Source: Cycas panzhihuaensis (taxonomy: Eukaryota; Plantae; Cycadophyta). Taken from it: DNA of 64,000 bases. Location of the stretch: NCBI GenBank assembly GCA_023213395.1, contig CM041465.1:225253741-225317740 (forward strand), in the 5' to 3' direction. Of the stretch, positions 36,401 to 48,500 are shown piece after piece (within the stretch, counting starts at the first letter, position 1; every line of letters begins with the position of its first letter). Position numbers and translations under genes: made by a program. The notes under the pieces are model-generated. The model was given only the letters and a program-made list of their open reading frames with translations, was not told where the DNA came from and ran no database searches.

Positions 36401-39400
36401 TGAGTGGATGGGAAGGAGTGCCCTGAATAGTCAAGATAGACTCATCAGGAAGGGAGTCGTCAACGGGGACGTCGAACGAGTTAGGGACAGGGGCATCTGC
36501 AAACTGTTCCGCCACTACCATCCTTTTCTTCTATTTCCTGTTGACGATGTAGAGATCGAATTCCTGAAGGAGGACGGCCCAACGGCCAGCCCTACCGTCA
36601 GGTCGGAACAGATGAGTAAATAACACAAGGGATCAAATTGAATGATCACCTTGGTAGTGTTTCCAAGCAAGTAGTGCCTAAACTTCTTGGTTGTATGAAC
36701 CAAGGAGAGGCATTCCTTCTCAGCTAGAGAGTAATTGAACTCGGCAGCCATGAGGGTGCGACTGATGAAGTAAATAGCCTTCTCGACTCCTAAATCATCC
36801 TCTTGGGTCATCATAGCACCCAAGGACTCATCAGTCGTCGAGGTATAGGATGAAAGGCCTATCAAAGCGAGGGGGCACCAACGTCGAAGCGGAAGCAAGG
36901 GCTTCCTTAAGTCCTTCGAAAGCTTGTTGGGCATTGGCTGACCAAACAAACGGGGCTCCCTTCTTTAATAGGTTAGTAAGGGGCTTGGCGTTCACGGAGA
37001 AGTTTGCTAGGAAACACCTAAGGAAACCGAGTCGACCTAGAAATGACTTGATTTGTCATTGAGTTCTAGGTGGAAGCATGTCAAGGATTGCCTTGACTTT
37101 GTCAGGGTCGATTTGGATTCCTTGTTTCGACACAAGGAACCCAAGGAGTTTGCTAGAAGTGACGGAAAACACATATTTGAGTGGGTTAAGACTTACGTGG
37201 TACTTGCGGCATCGTGTGAAGATGGACCGCAAGTCCGAAGGGCGATGGACTCTAACGCGCAAGAGACCTATCATGTCATCCACAAAGACCTCCAACGTCT
37301 TATTGATAAGGTGGTGAAAGATGAAATGCATCGCCCTTTAGTAAGTGACGCCTGCATTTTTCAGTCCAAAGGGCACCGCTTTGTAGGCAAAGGTACCCCA
37401 CGAGGTGGTGAAGGCCGTCTTGTGACGGTCTTCGGGAGAGATTTGAATTTCATTATAACTGGAGAAGTTGTCCATCAAGGACATGACTTCAAACCCGATG
37501 GTTCGATCGATAATCTGATCGATAAAAGGGAGTGGGAAATTATCCTTAGGACATGCGTTGTTGATGTCACAGAAGTCAATGCATATCCAGATAGTCCCGT
37601 TCTTTTTAGCAACGGGAACGATGTTAGATACCCATTTAGGGTAGTCAATGGAAGTGATGAGTCATGCGTCTAGGAGTTTCTCAACCTTTATTTTGACGGC
37701 GGCTGAGAGTTTAGGATGAAGTGAGCATTATTTTTGGTGCACGGGACGAGCGCCAGGAACGGTGGTAAGGTTATGGCTGACAATGGAGGGGTCGATTCCC
37801 TTCATGTTAGAGTAGTCTCACACAAAAACATCTCGGAACTCCTGGAACAAAAGGGAGTATTCCCTTACCTCATCAGGAGAGCATTCTGCTCCCACCTTAA
37901 TGACCTTACCTGGGGTGAGGACTACGTCTTGGGTTGCCCCCATGCACATGGCATTCCCTTCCTCGAAATGAAAGGGGGCAAGGTTAACAGAAGGAGATGG
38001 AATAGGAGATGGGATTGGGTCAGCGATAGTGGACCCAATCGCTAAGACCTTCCGGTGACCAAGTTTATGGTGACTAGAAGGAAGGTTGGGCACAGAGCCC
38101 ACTAAGTGCTTAAGTAGAGCTTCATCATATTTGAAGTAATCTACCCCTTGGATGACCTTACTTCGAATAGACGAAGCGCGAGAGGACATGGTAGCAATAC
38201 GACCATAGTGGTCAACAAGCTGCCTAATATCCCCAAAAGACTCCAAGGAAGAGTCGGGAGGGGGCCCCTCATAAGGGGAAAAAGGAAGTTCCTTGGAATC
38301 GTCACCTGCGGGGGGTGACGAAGAGGAAGAGTCAAGGATCGGTGGATCAATGCGTGCAATAACATGTGATACGAGGGGATGGTCGGTCTCTCCAATGAGA
38401 GGAGTTCTAGGTTGGGACCTAGAACAAGGAGAGTGTCGCCTATTAGTGCGAAGGAAGGAAATAGGGTGAGGAAGGTCCTCGTCCTCGCCATGGGACTCGT
38501 CGTCACTAAATATAGCAAGGTACCCATAGCTTCCGACACCAATATGAGCGAAACAAGTAAGGCTCGAAGAAGATGCGCTATCTCCTTCGGAATGAGATGG
38601 ATCAGGAATACCGATGGAACAAGTCGAGGCATGGGTAGAAGGGCCTTTATCCCCCTTCACACGACCATGGCTCACTTGGTTGGTTTGACGATCTTGTTTA
38701 ACAGGTGGGCATTCGCGGGAAACAACCCTCATTCGCCTATCATGGACGAACTTGAGTTGCCCCCAATGGGTCGAACACATGACTCCCATTTGATCGAGCC
38801 ATGGTCGACCCAAAAGGATATTGTAGTCGATGTCTACGTCGAGGACTACAATATCGGCGAGGATAGTCTTGTCCTAAAGAGTGAGAGGGATTGAAACGAA
38901 TCCAAATGGAGTCTTCTCGTTACCATCGTAGCCTTGGCATCGCCATGGAATAGGTTCCAAGGCGGAAATGCCAAGCTCTTGCATAACGCGCAAGGGCATG
39001 GCATTAACAGAAGAACCATTGTGGATAACGGTCCTTCACAAAGTACAATCAGGTGTATCGATAATAATGGTAAAAGGGAAGTTCCACTCATGTTGCCTTT
39101 TACAAGCAGGAGGAAGGTCTTTAGGATCAAAGAAAATGACAAGCTCACGACCTTGTACAATACCCAAAGCATGCGTCCAGCGTGAACAAGCACATCACCC
39201 AATCCTAAAGCTTCTAAAAGGAGTGTTCGTTGTTCATAATAACTTCTCAAGACGTCCATAATGGACATCCCGGCGGCCACGGTACAAAGCTCATCGACGA
39301 CAGAAAAGGACTTCCCCTTCACTGTAGTTTGAGGGAGGACTCTCCTGAAATCGTAGCGACCTGGACGAACGTGAATGGTCTTGGGAAGTAAAGGGACTTC

Positions 39401-39500
39401 CAGGAGGGAAGTTTCCAGAAGAGGATTAGGATGTGGAACAGATGAAGAGGCGTTGATTGCCTCTTTAGTAGCTTGAGACTGAGTCAAGGCATATAGAGGG
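36400..39500 (-). pseudogene. Tat pol: protease, RT, native RNase H (frameshifted)
   Basis: Protease RTIVDNGSSVNAMP (about 39030) and ILLGRPWL; RT FQEFRDVFV, EVFVDDMI, LNPLKYVF...KLLGFLVS; RNase H SLGAMMTQ...YFISRTL...NYSLAEKECLSLV...KKFRHYLLG. No aRH within pol. Confidence 0.92.
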
Positions 39501-39779
39501 GTGGCCTCAAGCATCTGGATCACCTTCTTTCCCTTATTCTAGGACCACGAAGGTGAAGGGGTATGATGGTCTGGGGAACGCGAGGAAGAAGATGAACCCC
39601 CCGCGCCCTTCCCTTTACTGTGTGAAGGGTGTGGATTTAGAGATCTCCCTCGGTTCTGGTTGTTCTTTGGTTAAGAGTTACGATCACACTCCCCATGCTT
39701 GGGGAATGGATCCCTATGGACCGATTGGTCGAGGTTGGGCCTTAAGGCCCGTTTGGGAGATGAGTCATATTGTGAGACA

Positions 39780-41750
39780 TCCTTAGGAAGTTGAACCCGA
39801 CAACACAAGTCGTCATGGAAACATTCTCTATGAACGGAGCACCACTTCTTCTCAAGCGAGGAATCAGATTTCCTTGCTTGAGAGGACTGGGTGCTGCCGC
39901 CCTTGGAAGGAGCGACTTAGGAAGCTTGTTGGATTGGTTTGTTGGATGTGGGTGATGAAGGAACTTGAAGTTTAAGTTCCTCCATCGTATATTCGAATGA
40001 ACATATGGCAGAGGTAAGTGGGTCTAGAGTCTTCTCAGTTGAGTGGGAAGAAGACCTAGTGGATTGTTGAGGTTTAGTTTCTTTGGTTGGCAAGGGTCCC
40101 TCACGTAGCTGTGAAGGCTTAAGGGGCTTCTTGAATCCAGCCTGGATCTCAATAGCTTCAAGTGCCAAGCACTTCGCGATGGCGGAATCACATGTGGTTG
40201 CCCCCATCTTAAGGACTTCCATATGGACTTCAGGGCGTAGTGTGTTGACAAAGATATCCCTCTTCAATTCCTTAGGCAAAGTAGCCTTGGTAGAATGGAG
40301 GAGGTTGTGGAATCGCCGCACAAAGTCACGATTCATCTCATCGTGACCTTGCTTGAGCGAAAGGAGAGATTTCATTCCACTCTCAAAAGGACGGGTCACA
40401 TCAAAATAGTTGATGAACTCATCCACGAGTTGTTGGAATGAGAAGATGGAATGAGCATAGAACAATTTGAGGGCATCGCCTTGAAGAGATCGTGAAAATA
40501 GTTTCATTAATATGTGATCATAGGCCTAGTAGTCTATGCATGCCAAAGATAAACTACGAACATGCGTGCCATAGAGAAACTACGGACATGCTCTGTTGGA
40601 TCTTGCGATGAAGTTCCATCAAACTTGGGAACTTCGAGGGGATGAGGCGGTAAGTTGGTTCTTAGCGTCTCGATAGATAAAGGCGTCGATCTGTAATCCA
40701 TAAAGGGACGTGCCCTCGCCTAGATCATAGGATCGGCAAAAGACAAAGAAGGTAATGAACAAGGAGCAGATGGGGGTGGAAGGCCCATCCCTCCTTGAGG
40801 AAATACCCCTTATTGAAAAGGGACTTAAGGACAAGCGCCTTGGAAGGAAGTTGGGTGTCCTTGCGAAGGCGCGGTGTAAGGAGCTACGCAAGATGGTGGA
40901 AATGAGGGGTGAGGGACTAGGTTTTGTCCATATGGACGGCCCGTGGGTGGCGCGACCCCATAGGGATGTAAAGGGTCCACCCCATAAACCGGAATGTGGT
41001 TCCCTTTACCATGCCCCCAAGGCTGAGATGTATAGCCTGGAGATACGTAAAGAGAAGGACCACTAGGTTGGGTTGGGGTGTATGTGGAGACAGATCCCAC
41101 ATGACTAGCAATAGAAGCGTTAGTAGGACCTCTAGGCCTACTAGGGAATACGTGCGCCACATTAGGAGATGGCATGTTAGCTTGACTAGGGAAAGGTATG
41201 CTAACCCGAAGCTGGGAGAAAGACATACTACGAGAGGTCCCCAAAGAGTTGGGGTCGTGATGAGAAGTAGAAGGTGCAATGGACATCTCTAGGGTAGATG
41301 TAAAGATCGAACAGGACATATGCATGGGCACAAAGGGGTTACTTATTGTAGGAGGTGTAGATGTGGATGAAGACGGTGGGGCAGGCGCAGATGAGGAAGG
41401 TACCCCACCACGCAAGGCATCTTCAAACCACTTAAGACGTGATTGAAGGCAAGCAACACGAAAGCACTCGTTAAGGACTTCAACCATGTCGATGGGAGGG
41501 GCATCCACCTGATCGTAAGAGGTAGATTGGACCTCAAACGAAGTGGACCCCTTAGGACGTTCCTCGTAAGAATCACCACCTGGGTGATGAATCTCAAGAG
41601 AAGAGGGATGGACATCAAGTGGGTGTTATTGATCACCCGGATAGTAGATAGGATCATCACCCTCTTGGGTGGACCCCGGAAAAGATGTGGGGAACTCATG
41701 AGTTCTGGAAGCAAAGGCATGGTATGCCCAATCCGAAGGGTATCCTTCCA
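39780..41750 (-). pseudogene. Tat gag (Pro/Ser-rich N-terminus, capsid domain, zinc-knuckle trace)
   Basis: MKLFSRSLQGDALKLFY...SFQQLVDEFINYF...LLSLKQGHDEMNRDFVRRFHNL...FVNTLRPE (ORF 39917-40507). Confidence 0.88.
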
Positions 41751-41987
41751 TTGTCAAATTAGAATCCAATGATGGAAGGAAGTGGTATGTAGGATATTCT
41801 AACAACAGAGGCAAACCTCATAAGCGAAGTGAGAAGCGTCGCATACAAAACTTACCAATGCGTTCAGAGAGAAAAAAGAATGTAAAGTATGCGTTGGGGG
41901 ATGCCCAACGAAAGAGATAAAGGGAGAAAGTTACTAAAATGTAGTAGCACCAACAGAAAGAGATAAAAACTAGCTCCCTTACTGGCA

Positions 41988-42007
41988 GGTCCCCAGTATG
42001 GTCGCCA
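41988..42007 (-). other. Primer binding site, tRNA-Arg-like
   Basis: TGGCGACCATACTGGGGACC lies 1 nt inside the 5' LTR end. Confidence 0.8.
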
Positions 42008-42008
42008 A

Positions 42009-44813
42009 TAGAGTCACGTCTGCGGGATGGTCACGATGCTTGATAGGAATTGAGGTGGTCAACAACTAAAGTTGGGGGTATGAATAGGGACCTATAAGCA
42101 AAAGGGAACACCACACAGTGCATCTGTGCGCCGGAGCGCGAGTTCGGGACCTGCGAATGGCGCCCAACTACCTCGGAGTAGCTTTCAAATCTGAGAGGGA
42201 AGACACACGCAGGGGTATCTTAGATGGTCTCAAGGAGGGAGGTCCTCCCACCCTTGGATGGCCGGAAGGGAAGAGGAGGAACCCTCGATGGAGAGGTTCC
42301 TATGGCGAAAGAACACAGGACAAAAGGGTATAGGCAAGGGCCTAAGATAGGCGTAGGCAGGCTTCCCTAGGCTAATTGGTCTAAGCAAATCTAACCAAGG
42401 GAAGGAGTAAAGAAAAGGGACTAAGAGATACTCTCTCTTTCTCTCTCTTTTTTATTCAACAACCAAAGGGCAAGAGATAAAAAGAGCAAGCGTCTTGTAT
42501 GCATTCAAGCAAGCAAACTAGGTGAAGTGCAACTATGGGTACTTTTAGGCTAGATAGGAGAAAGGGGAGGAATGCAGTCCCTACTATGCCCTTTTTCTAT
42601 AAAGAACAAGTACACAACACACTTATGCAAAATAAATACAAGTAGCTAATTTATTACCCTTTTTGCTTTTATGTGATCTATTAAACAAATGCAATAGACT
42701 TTAGATAGGAGCAAAAAAAGGAAAGGGGTCGATGGAGAGATGCGATGCGTACCTGGGAAGTGTAGTGGTTGATGAAGAACCTCACTTGTGTGCGACGTAC
42801 GCCCTCTCGCCTATAGTTGGTGTGTAGCCAAAGTCAGCGTGGAGAAATAGGGGCTTCCTTACCTTCCTCGTACACAAGACAAAGCGAAGCGGGAAAAGCA
42901 AAGAAAGCGAGTAAATGTACCAAAAAACAAGCAAAGCGGAAGAGAAAAGAAGGGCAAAGGCTTACTCGGGGCCGTACATTCTTCCTCTTCATGGATGTTG
43001 CTCCAAACCTGCATTCACAAGAGTCTTTCCCTTCCAAGAAGGGGTTGTAAGATACTATATAGGTAAATATATGATATGAATATTAAAATTTTATATTTGA
43101 AGTTAGTGTAACTACTACTGAAAATAATTCTGCTTTCCTCAAAGTAAAACCACGCATACCAAGCAAGAAGGGAAAGGGTAGCCTTATTATGGAAAAATCC
43201 TTCGCTAAAGTCTCTCCACGCAGCCTCAAAACACAATAAGGTCAAGGTTATGCAACAGTCTATGGGCAGGAAATGAGCATGGGGATGAATTATACGGGAT
43301 GTATGAGAGACGCTTAGGTAATGAAGTTGTTATGGGCAGCGAATCACCACGCAAGCCTCACCAGAGATCCAAAGGGATGTCGGACAAGATTAGGGGCATG
43401 GAGAAGGCCCAAAAGAGGGGCATGCAGGCCTGGAATCAACGCAGCAAGGGCTGCGTACGCTGATATCCAACGCAGCCCAGGATTCCACACACTCCTAGTT
43501 AACTCAAGGAAAGCATGGGCGCAAGAGAGGAAGGATGGGAAGGGGTCTGCCCTTGGGGAGTAGGCCTAACTGGGATGGATCCTGCCTTACTCCCTTCGCC
43601 CAATCCTTGTGAGCCCCCTCCCACAGCTTTCTTAAAGAAAACCAACGGAGAAATGGGATGGAAATCAAAGGATACAAAGCCAAACACCAAGAAAAACAAT
43701 CCTTTCTAGAGCCAAAGGACAAAAGAGAAGGAAAAATACACTTTCAAGAGGTTCTAATAGAACAAATACATACTAAATCATGAAAATATGGTAAAGGGTA
43801 CCTGCTGGGCTAAGATGAAGGCAGATTTGCCCCTGCAACCAGTGAAAGAGAGCAGGTCCTACAAGGTTTGCAGCGTATTTCCCAAAGTGGGGTTGTAGTA
43901 GACACTTGTTGGGCGAAGTTGAGGAAGAAAGGAGGAGATCTTACTTGAAAATACTTGGAGGAGGGTCTCCCACCATGAAACAGAGTTGCTGTAGGCGGAT
44001 CCTGAGCTGGAACAGTAGAAAACGCAGAGTTGCAAGCGCACATGTGAAGGAGAGGAGGAAGAGAGTAGAAGTACAATAGTAGAGTATGATGTTTGAGAGT
44101 CATGAGATCTAAAATGATGAACTTTTTGGGATATATACTCATCCCAACCCTAATCAAGCGATTAGGGTGTGAATAGGGCTGAGTTGGTCACTTGTCCACA
44201 TGGCAATTCCATGAAAAAAGCAAGAATTGCCACGGCGGATTAAAAAAATAAAGTGCAACAGCAGTAATGCAGAACTTCACTAATCTTCACAGATCGCTTA
44301 GTTTACAGTGGTGCAAAACCGGAAAACCAAAATAGAAATGGTCAAGGTTCTGGGAGCCCTAAAAGAGGTGTGATAGTCCTAGGAGGGGTTGGCCCCCCTG
44401 TCCAAGTGGCTAGAGACAGTCTGGAAGGCATATGAACTAGGCCAAATAAGGCACCAAGAGCTAGGAATCCCAGAAATGTCGTGATGAGGACACAGGATCA
44501 GGGTATGAGCAGATCACACCAACTGGGCAAGGCCTGAGGTGACGTGGAGGTAGCGCGGAGTGTCGTAGAGTGTCATGGGGATGCCTACCTTGCAGAGAGG
44601 TAGGTCTCGTGGGTCATCATAGGCTCACAATACGACGAGCAGCATGATCAAGCAATGGATGCAAGGTGATCATAGAAATGTGGTAATCAATCGTGCAATG
44701 GGGAAATGCTTCTATCTACCTTTCCAAAAAGACAGTAAAAGTGAAAAGGGAGAAGCATACCTGCGCTTACCTGAGTCGACCTATCCATATTCATTCCCGG
44801 TAGCTGGGAAACA
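42009..44813 (-). repeat. 5' LTR of the Tat element (2805 bp)
   Basis: Collinear with 27671-30453; TATA-like TATATA near 44132. Confidence 0.95.
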
Positions 44814-45329
44814 TAGTGCCACTTCTACTTGAATTCTATGTTCTTAATAGACCAAATAACATTTTCCTCAATCCATTTAGATGGGAAAACACACCATTGA
44901 TTCCACTAGTCGCAACATTAGAACCCATCCATCCAAACATGGGTTTAATTCTGTTAGAGATTTTTTGAACAATATGAAGACATATAACGAACCTATACCA
45001 AAGTCAGGAGTATCTAATAGTAAGGAAAATGTGGGATTGGATAGCTTAGCAATAAGATAATATAATAATATGGTGGTCGTCTTATAAATATGGCACCTTT
45101 ATCTTATGTAAGGCATCTTGATATATTTATGAATATTGACTCATTAAGTTCACTTCGGTGCTCCTTTGGTTATTTTGATATATTTATGAATATTAACTCA
45201 TTGAGTTCACTTTAATGCTCCTTTGGTTCTCTTTTTGGTGATATTTACATCTTCTGGCAATCTTCCAACTTTGCTCTCTTGTTATTATGGTTACAAGGTT
45301 TGGCCTGTAACATGACATTTGGAACATCT

Positions 45330-45500
45330 CCTCCTTTAGCCAACTCACCCAATTGAAGTAGATAACATCAATAGAGGTTTACACAGATGAATTTCAAGCA
45401 TTACATATCTGGGTTTCTCAATCATTTGATCAAGACACGTTCATTGACATCTATGTGTCGGGACTTGAGGAGCATACCCAAATGCACCTAAAGGATATAT
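45330..45500 (+). pseudogene. gag capsid fragment of the outer chromovirus
   Basis: LTQLK*ITSIEVYTDEFQAL...DIYVSGLEEHTQ, cut by the copia insertion. Confidence 0.75.
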
Positions 45501-45508
45501 TTTTATTT

Positions 45509-48500
45509 TGAAGGGTGTGGGAATTCATCCAAACTCCAACTCAGGTTCAAATCTCATAGAGCATTAATATAATATTCACAAATATTTAAATAGAAGACAA
45601 TGTGAGGAGATTGAATTTGTCAATTCTCCAACTATTAAAACATTTCATTAATCACTCACCGAAGATTACATTACATCAAAATACTAAGCCTCATATATAC
45701 ATTCACTTTACAATTACAAAAGAGGCTTTTGGGAATATGAAGGGTTGATCATGTAAGGTGACATTTGACATCTTGTATGATCAACTTACATAGACGTTAC
45801 AATGAGGTGTGAACAAAATGACCTCACATACTTAGGCTCAAAACTTCATGTTGTAACTTAATACAAACATGAGACTAATACCCTTGCAATATATTAACAT
45901 TATTTTATATCATAAATGTACATTATATTAAGAAAGATTAAAGAAAATTAATAAAGTCAACATTAATTTTTCTATCACTCTCCCTTAATGATGAGTTCAT
46001 TAATTTTACTACCGAGGCTAAGTTGAAACTGTTCAAATTTACTATGAAAAAATGCTTTAGTGAAGATATTTACAATCTATTTATTGGTCAGTTTATAAAC
46101 CAAATAGATCTCACCATTTTGAACATGCTTCTTGATGAAGTGATGGTGAATCTCGATATGCTTTTTCCTGATATAGAACACATGATTCTTAGTCAATTTG
46201 AGAATGCTTTGATTATCATAAAAGAGAGTATAGCTTGTGTTTGATCAATGCCAAGCTCTTCAAGAATTCTTTTAAGATAGATAGCTTTAGTAGCTATACT
46301 AACTACTGTTTTGTACTCTACTTTGGTGGAAGATAAGGTGACATTTAGTTGCCTTTTATAACTCTAGGAAATAGAGGTAGACTCAGGCTAAAAGAGTAGG
46401 CTAAGGTCGATCTATGACTATTTTTACATCTAACCTAATTAGCATATGTGTAACCTGCCAACAGAAGATTGTTTACTTGGCACTAATCAAGTCCAAATTA
46501 TAGTGAACCTCAAAGATATCTTAGGATCCGTATAGCTACATTCCAATGTGATATTTTGTGTTGAGTCATAAACCTTGAGTAGATCTCAACATCGTATGAA
46601 ATATCAAGTTAAGTATATATAAGGTAAATTAGTTTTTTCACAAGCTGCCTACACAAAGTAGAATCTACAAGTTTATCATGTTCATCAATGTCCAATTTTA
46701 ATCTAGTCTTCATAAGAGTTAGTGATGGCCTGTATTCCTCCATTTTAAATTTCTAAAGGATCTTTCTTGTATATTTGGACTATGAAAGGAAGATGTGGCC
46801 TTGCAACTCCCTAACTTCTATGCCGAGAAAGTAATGAAGCAACCTGAGATCAGTCATCTCAAAATTGCTATTTAATTTTCATTGGAGGTATGAAATCCAC
46901 TCTGTGTCATTACTTATTATCAATAAATTATCAACATATAGTATGGCTGAAGTGATCAAATTATATCATATTTTAATATACAAACTTGGATTCAAGGATA
47001 AGCATACAAGTCCATGCGTTTTAAAGTACTCATCTATTTTTGTGTACGAAGCACGAGGTGACTACTTAAAACCATATATAGCCTTTTTAAACTAGCAAAT
47101 TAGATGTTCTTTTCCATAAAAAACATAGTTAAGATATTGATTTATGTATACTTCCTCTAAGTTGCCATTCAAGATGATACTTTTTATATCTATTTAAAAC
47201 ATAGGTCAATTAAATTTAACTACTAAGACTAAAATAAGCTTGACAGTGTTCATGCTAGTAATAGAGGTAAATGTGTCCCCATAATCAATGCCCTCAATCT
47301 ATTTAAAACCTTTGGCAACTAAACGTGCTTTGTAATGTTGAATGGAGCCATCTACATGATTTTTTGTTTTGTAAATCCATCTGCAATTAATAGGTTTCTT
47401 TCCTTTAGGTAACTCAACCAACACTCAAGTATTATTTTGCAAAATGCAATACGTCTCTTCATTCATATTGGTTTGCCACTTTTGATCTATAATAACTTCT
47501 TCAAAAGTGGTAGTTCATGAGCTCGTAATACTTCTACCATTAAGGCAAAGTTAATGGATGACCTATATTTAGATTACCTTAGTCTGTTATGGTGGTGATG
47601 GAGTAAAAGAGATCGTCTATAACTACCATTTAGGGAGTTGCTTTGAAGTGACCTCTTCTTGAACATCTTTTGAATAACTCATTGATGTGGATGTTGAAGT
47701 AGAGGCAGGAGGTGCAGGTGAAGTACTAGGTGCATATGATGTAGATGGAGACAATTAAACTGTAAAAATATTTTAAAGAATATGAGGTTTTGTAGGTTAT
47801 TCATCAAAGAATGAAAGTTGTGTCATATCTAGATCCTGGTTCTTTTTTGAAAAGATAACATCCTAAGATATCTACATTTACTTGGTAGAAGGATTATAAA
47901 GTTTATATGCCTTGCAGCCAGGTTGGTGACCAATGAAAATACATTTTCTACTTTTATCATCTTACTTCTTCCATTGTTCTTTCAGTATAAGTATATATGT
48001 TGTACAATCAGAAATACACAAATGTGAGATCATGAGTTTTTGACCTAATTAGGGCTCTTTAGGAATAATATTCAAAATAACCTTGGTTGGACTTCGATTT
48101 ATAAGGTAAGCAACTATATTAAGGGCTTTAGCCCAAAATTGAAGACCCAAATTTTTAGTGGAAAGCATGCCTTTGCTTCGTTAACCAAGGTCCAGTTCTT
48201 AGACTCAACAATTCCATTTTGTTGAGGTGTATAAGAAGCTGAGAATTGTTGTTTAATGCCATTATCTTTACAAAATTAAGTGAATTTTCTATATGCGTAT
48301 TCACCTCTATTGTCATAGTAAATGATTTTAATTGGCTTTCCAGATTCTAGTTCAACACCATGCTTAAATTCTCTAAATTTTTTAAATGTTTTCAATTTAT
48401 ACTTTAAGAAATAAATATAAAATTTATAGGAATAATTATCAATGAATGTAATAAAATATCAACAACCATTAAAAGATGCTTGCAATATGGGTCCACAAAT

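Larger units (their letters stand above)
27671..44813 (-). mobile_element. Full-length Tat-group Ty3/gypsy element (17.1 kb) with 2.8-kb LTRs and 3' accessory genes
   Basis: LTRs 27671-30453 and 42009-44813; TSD GAGTG/TAGTG (1 mismatch). PBS TGGCGACCATACTGGGGACC (tRNA-Arg-like, 42007-41988); PPT AGGGGGCAG (30462-30454). gag-PR-RT-RH-INT on -. Confidence 0.95.

Noticed and set aside
35709-41772. Many + strand ORFs over the Tat gag-pol
   Set aside because: Antisense shadows of GC-rich coding sequence, with no domain signatures, unlike the PMD unit.
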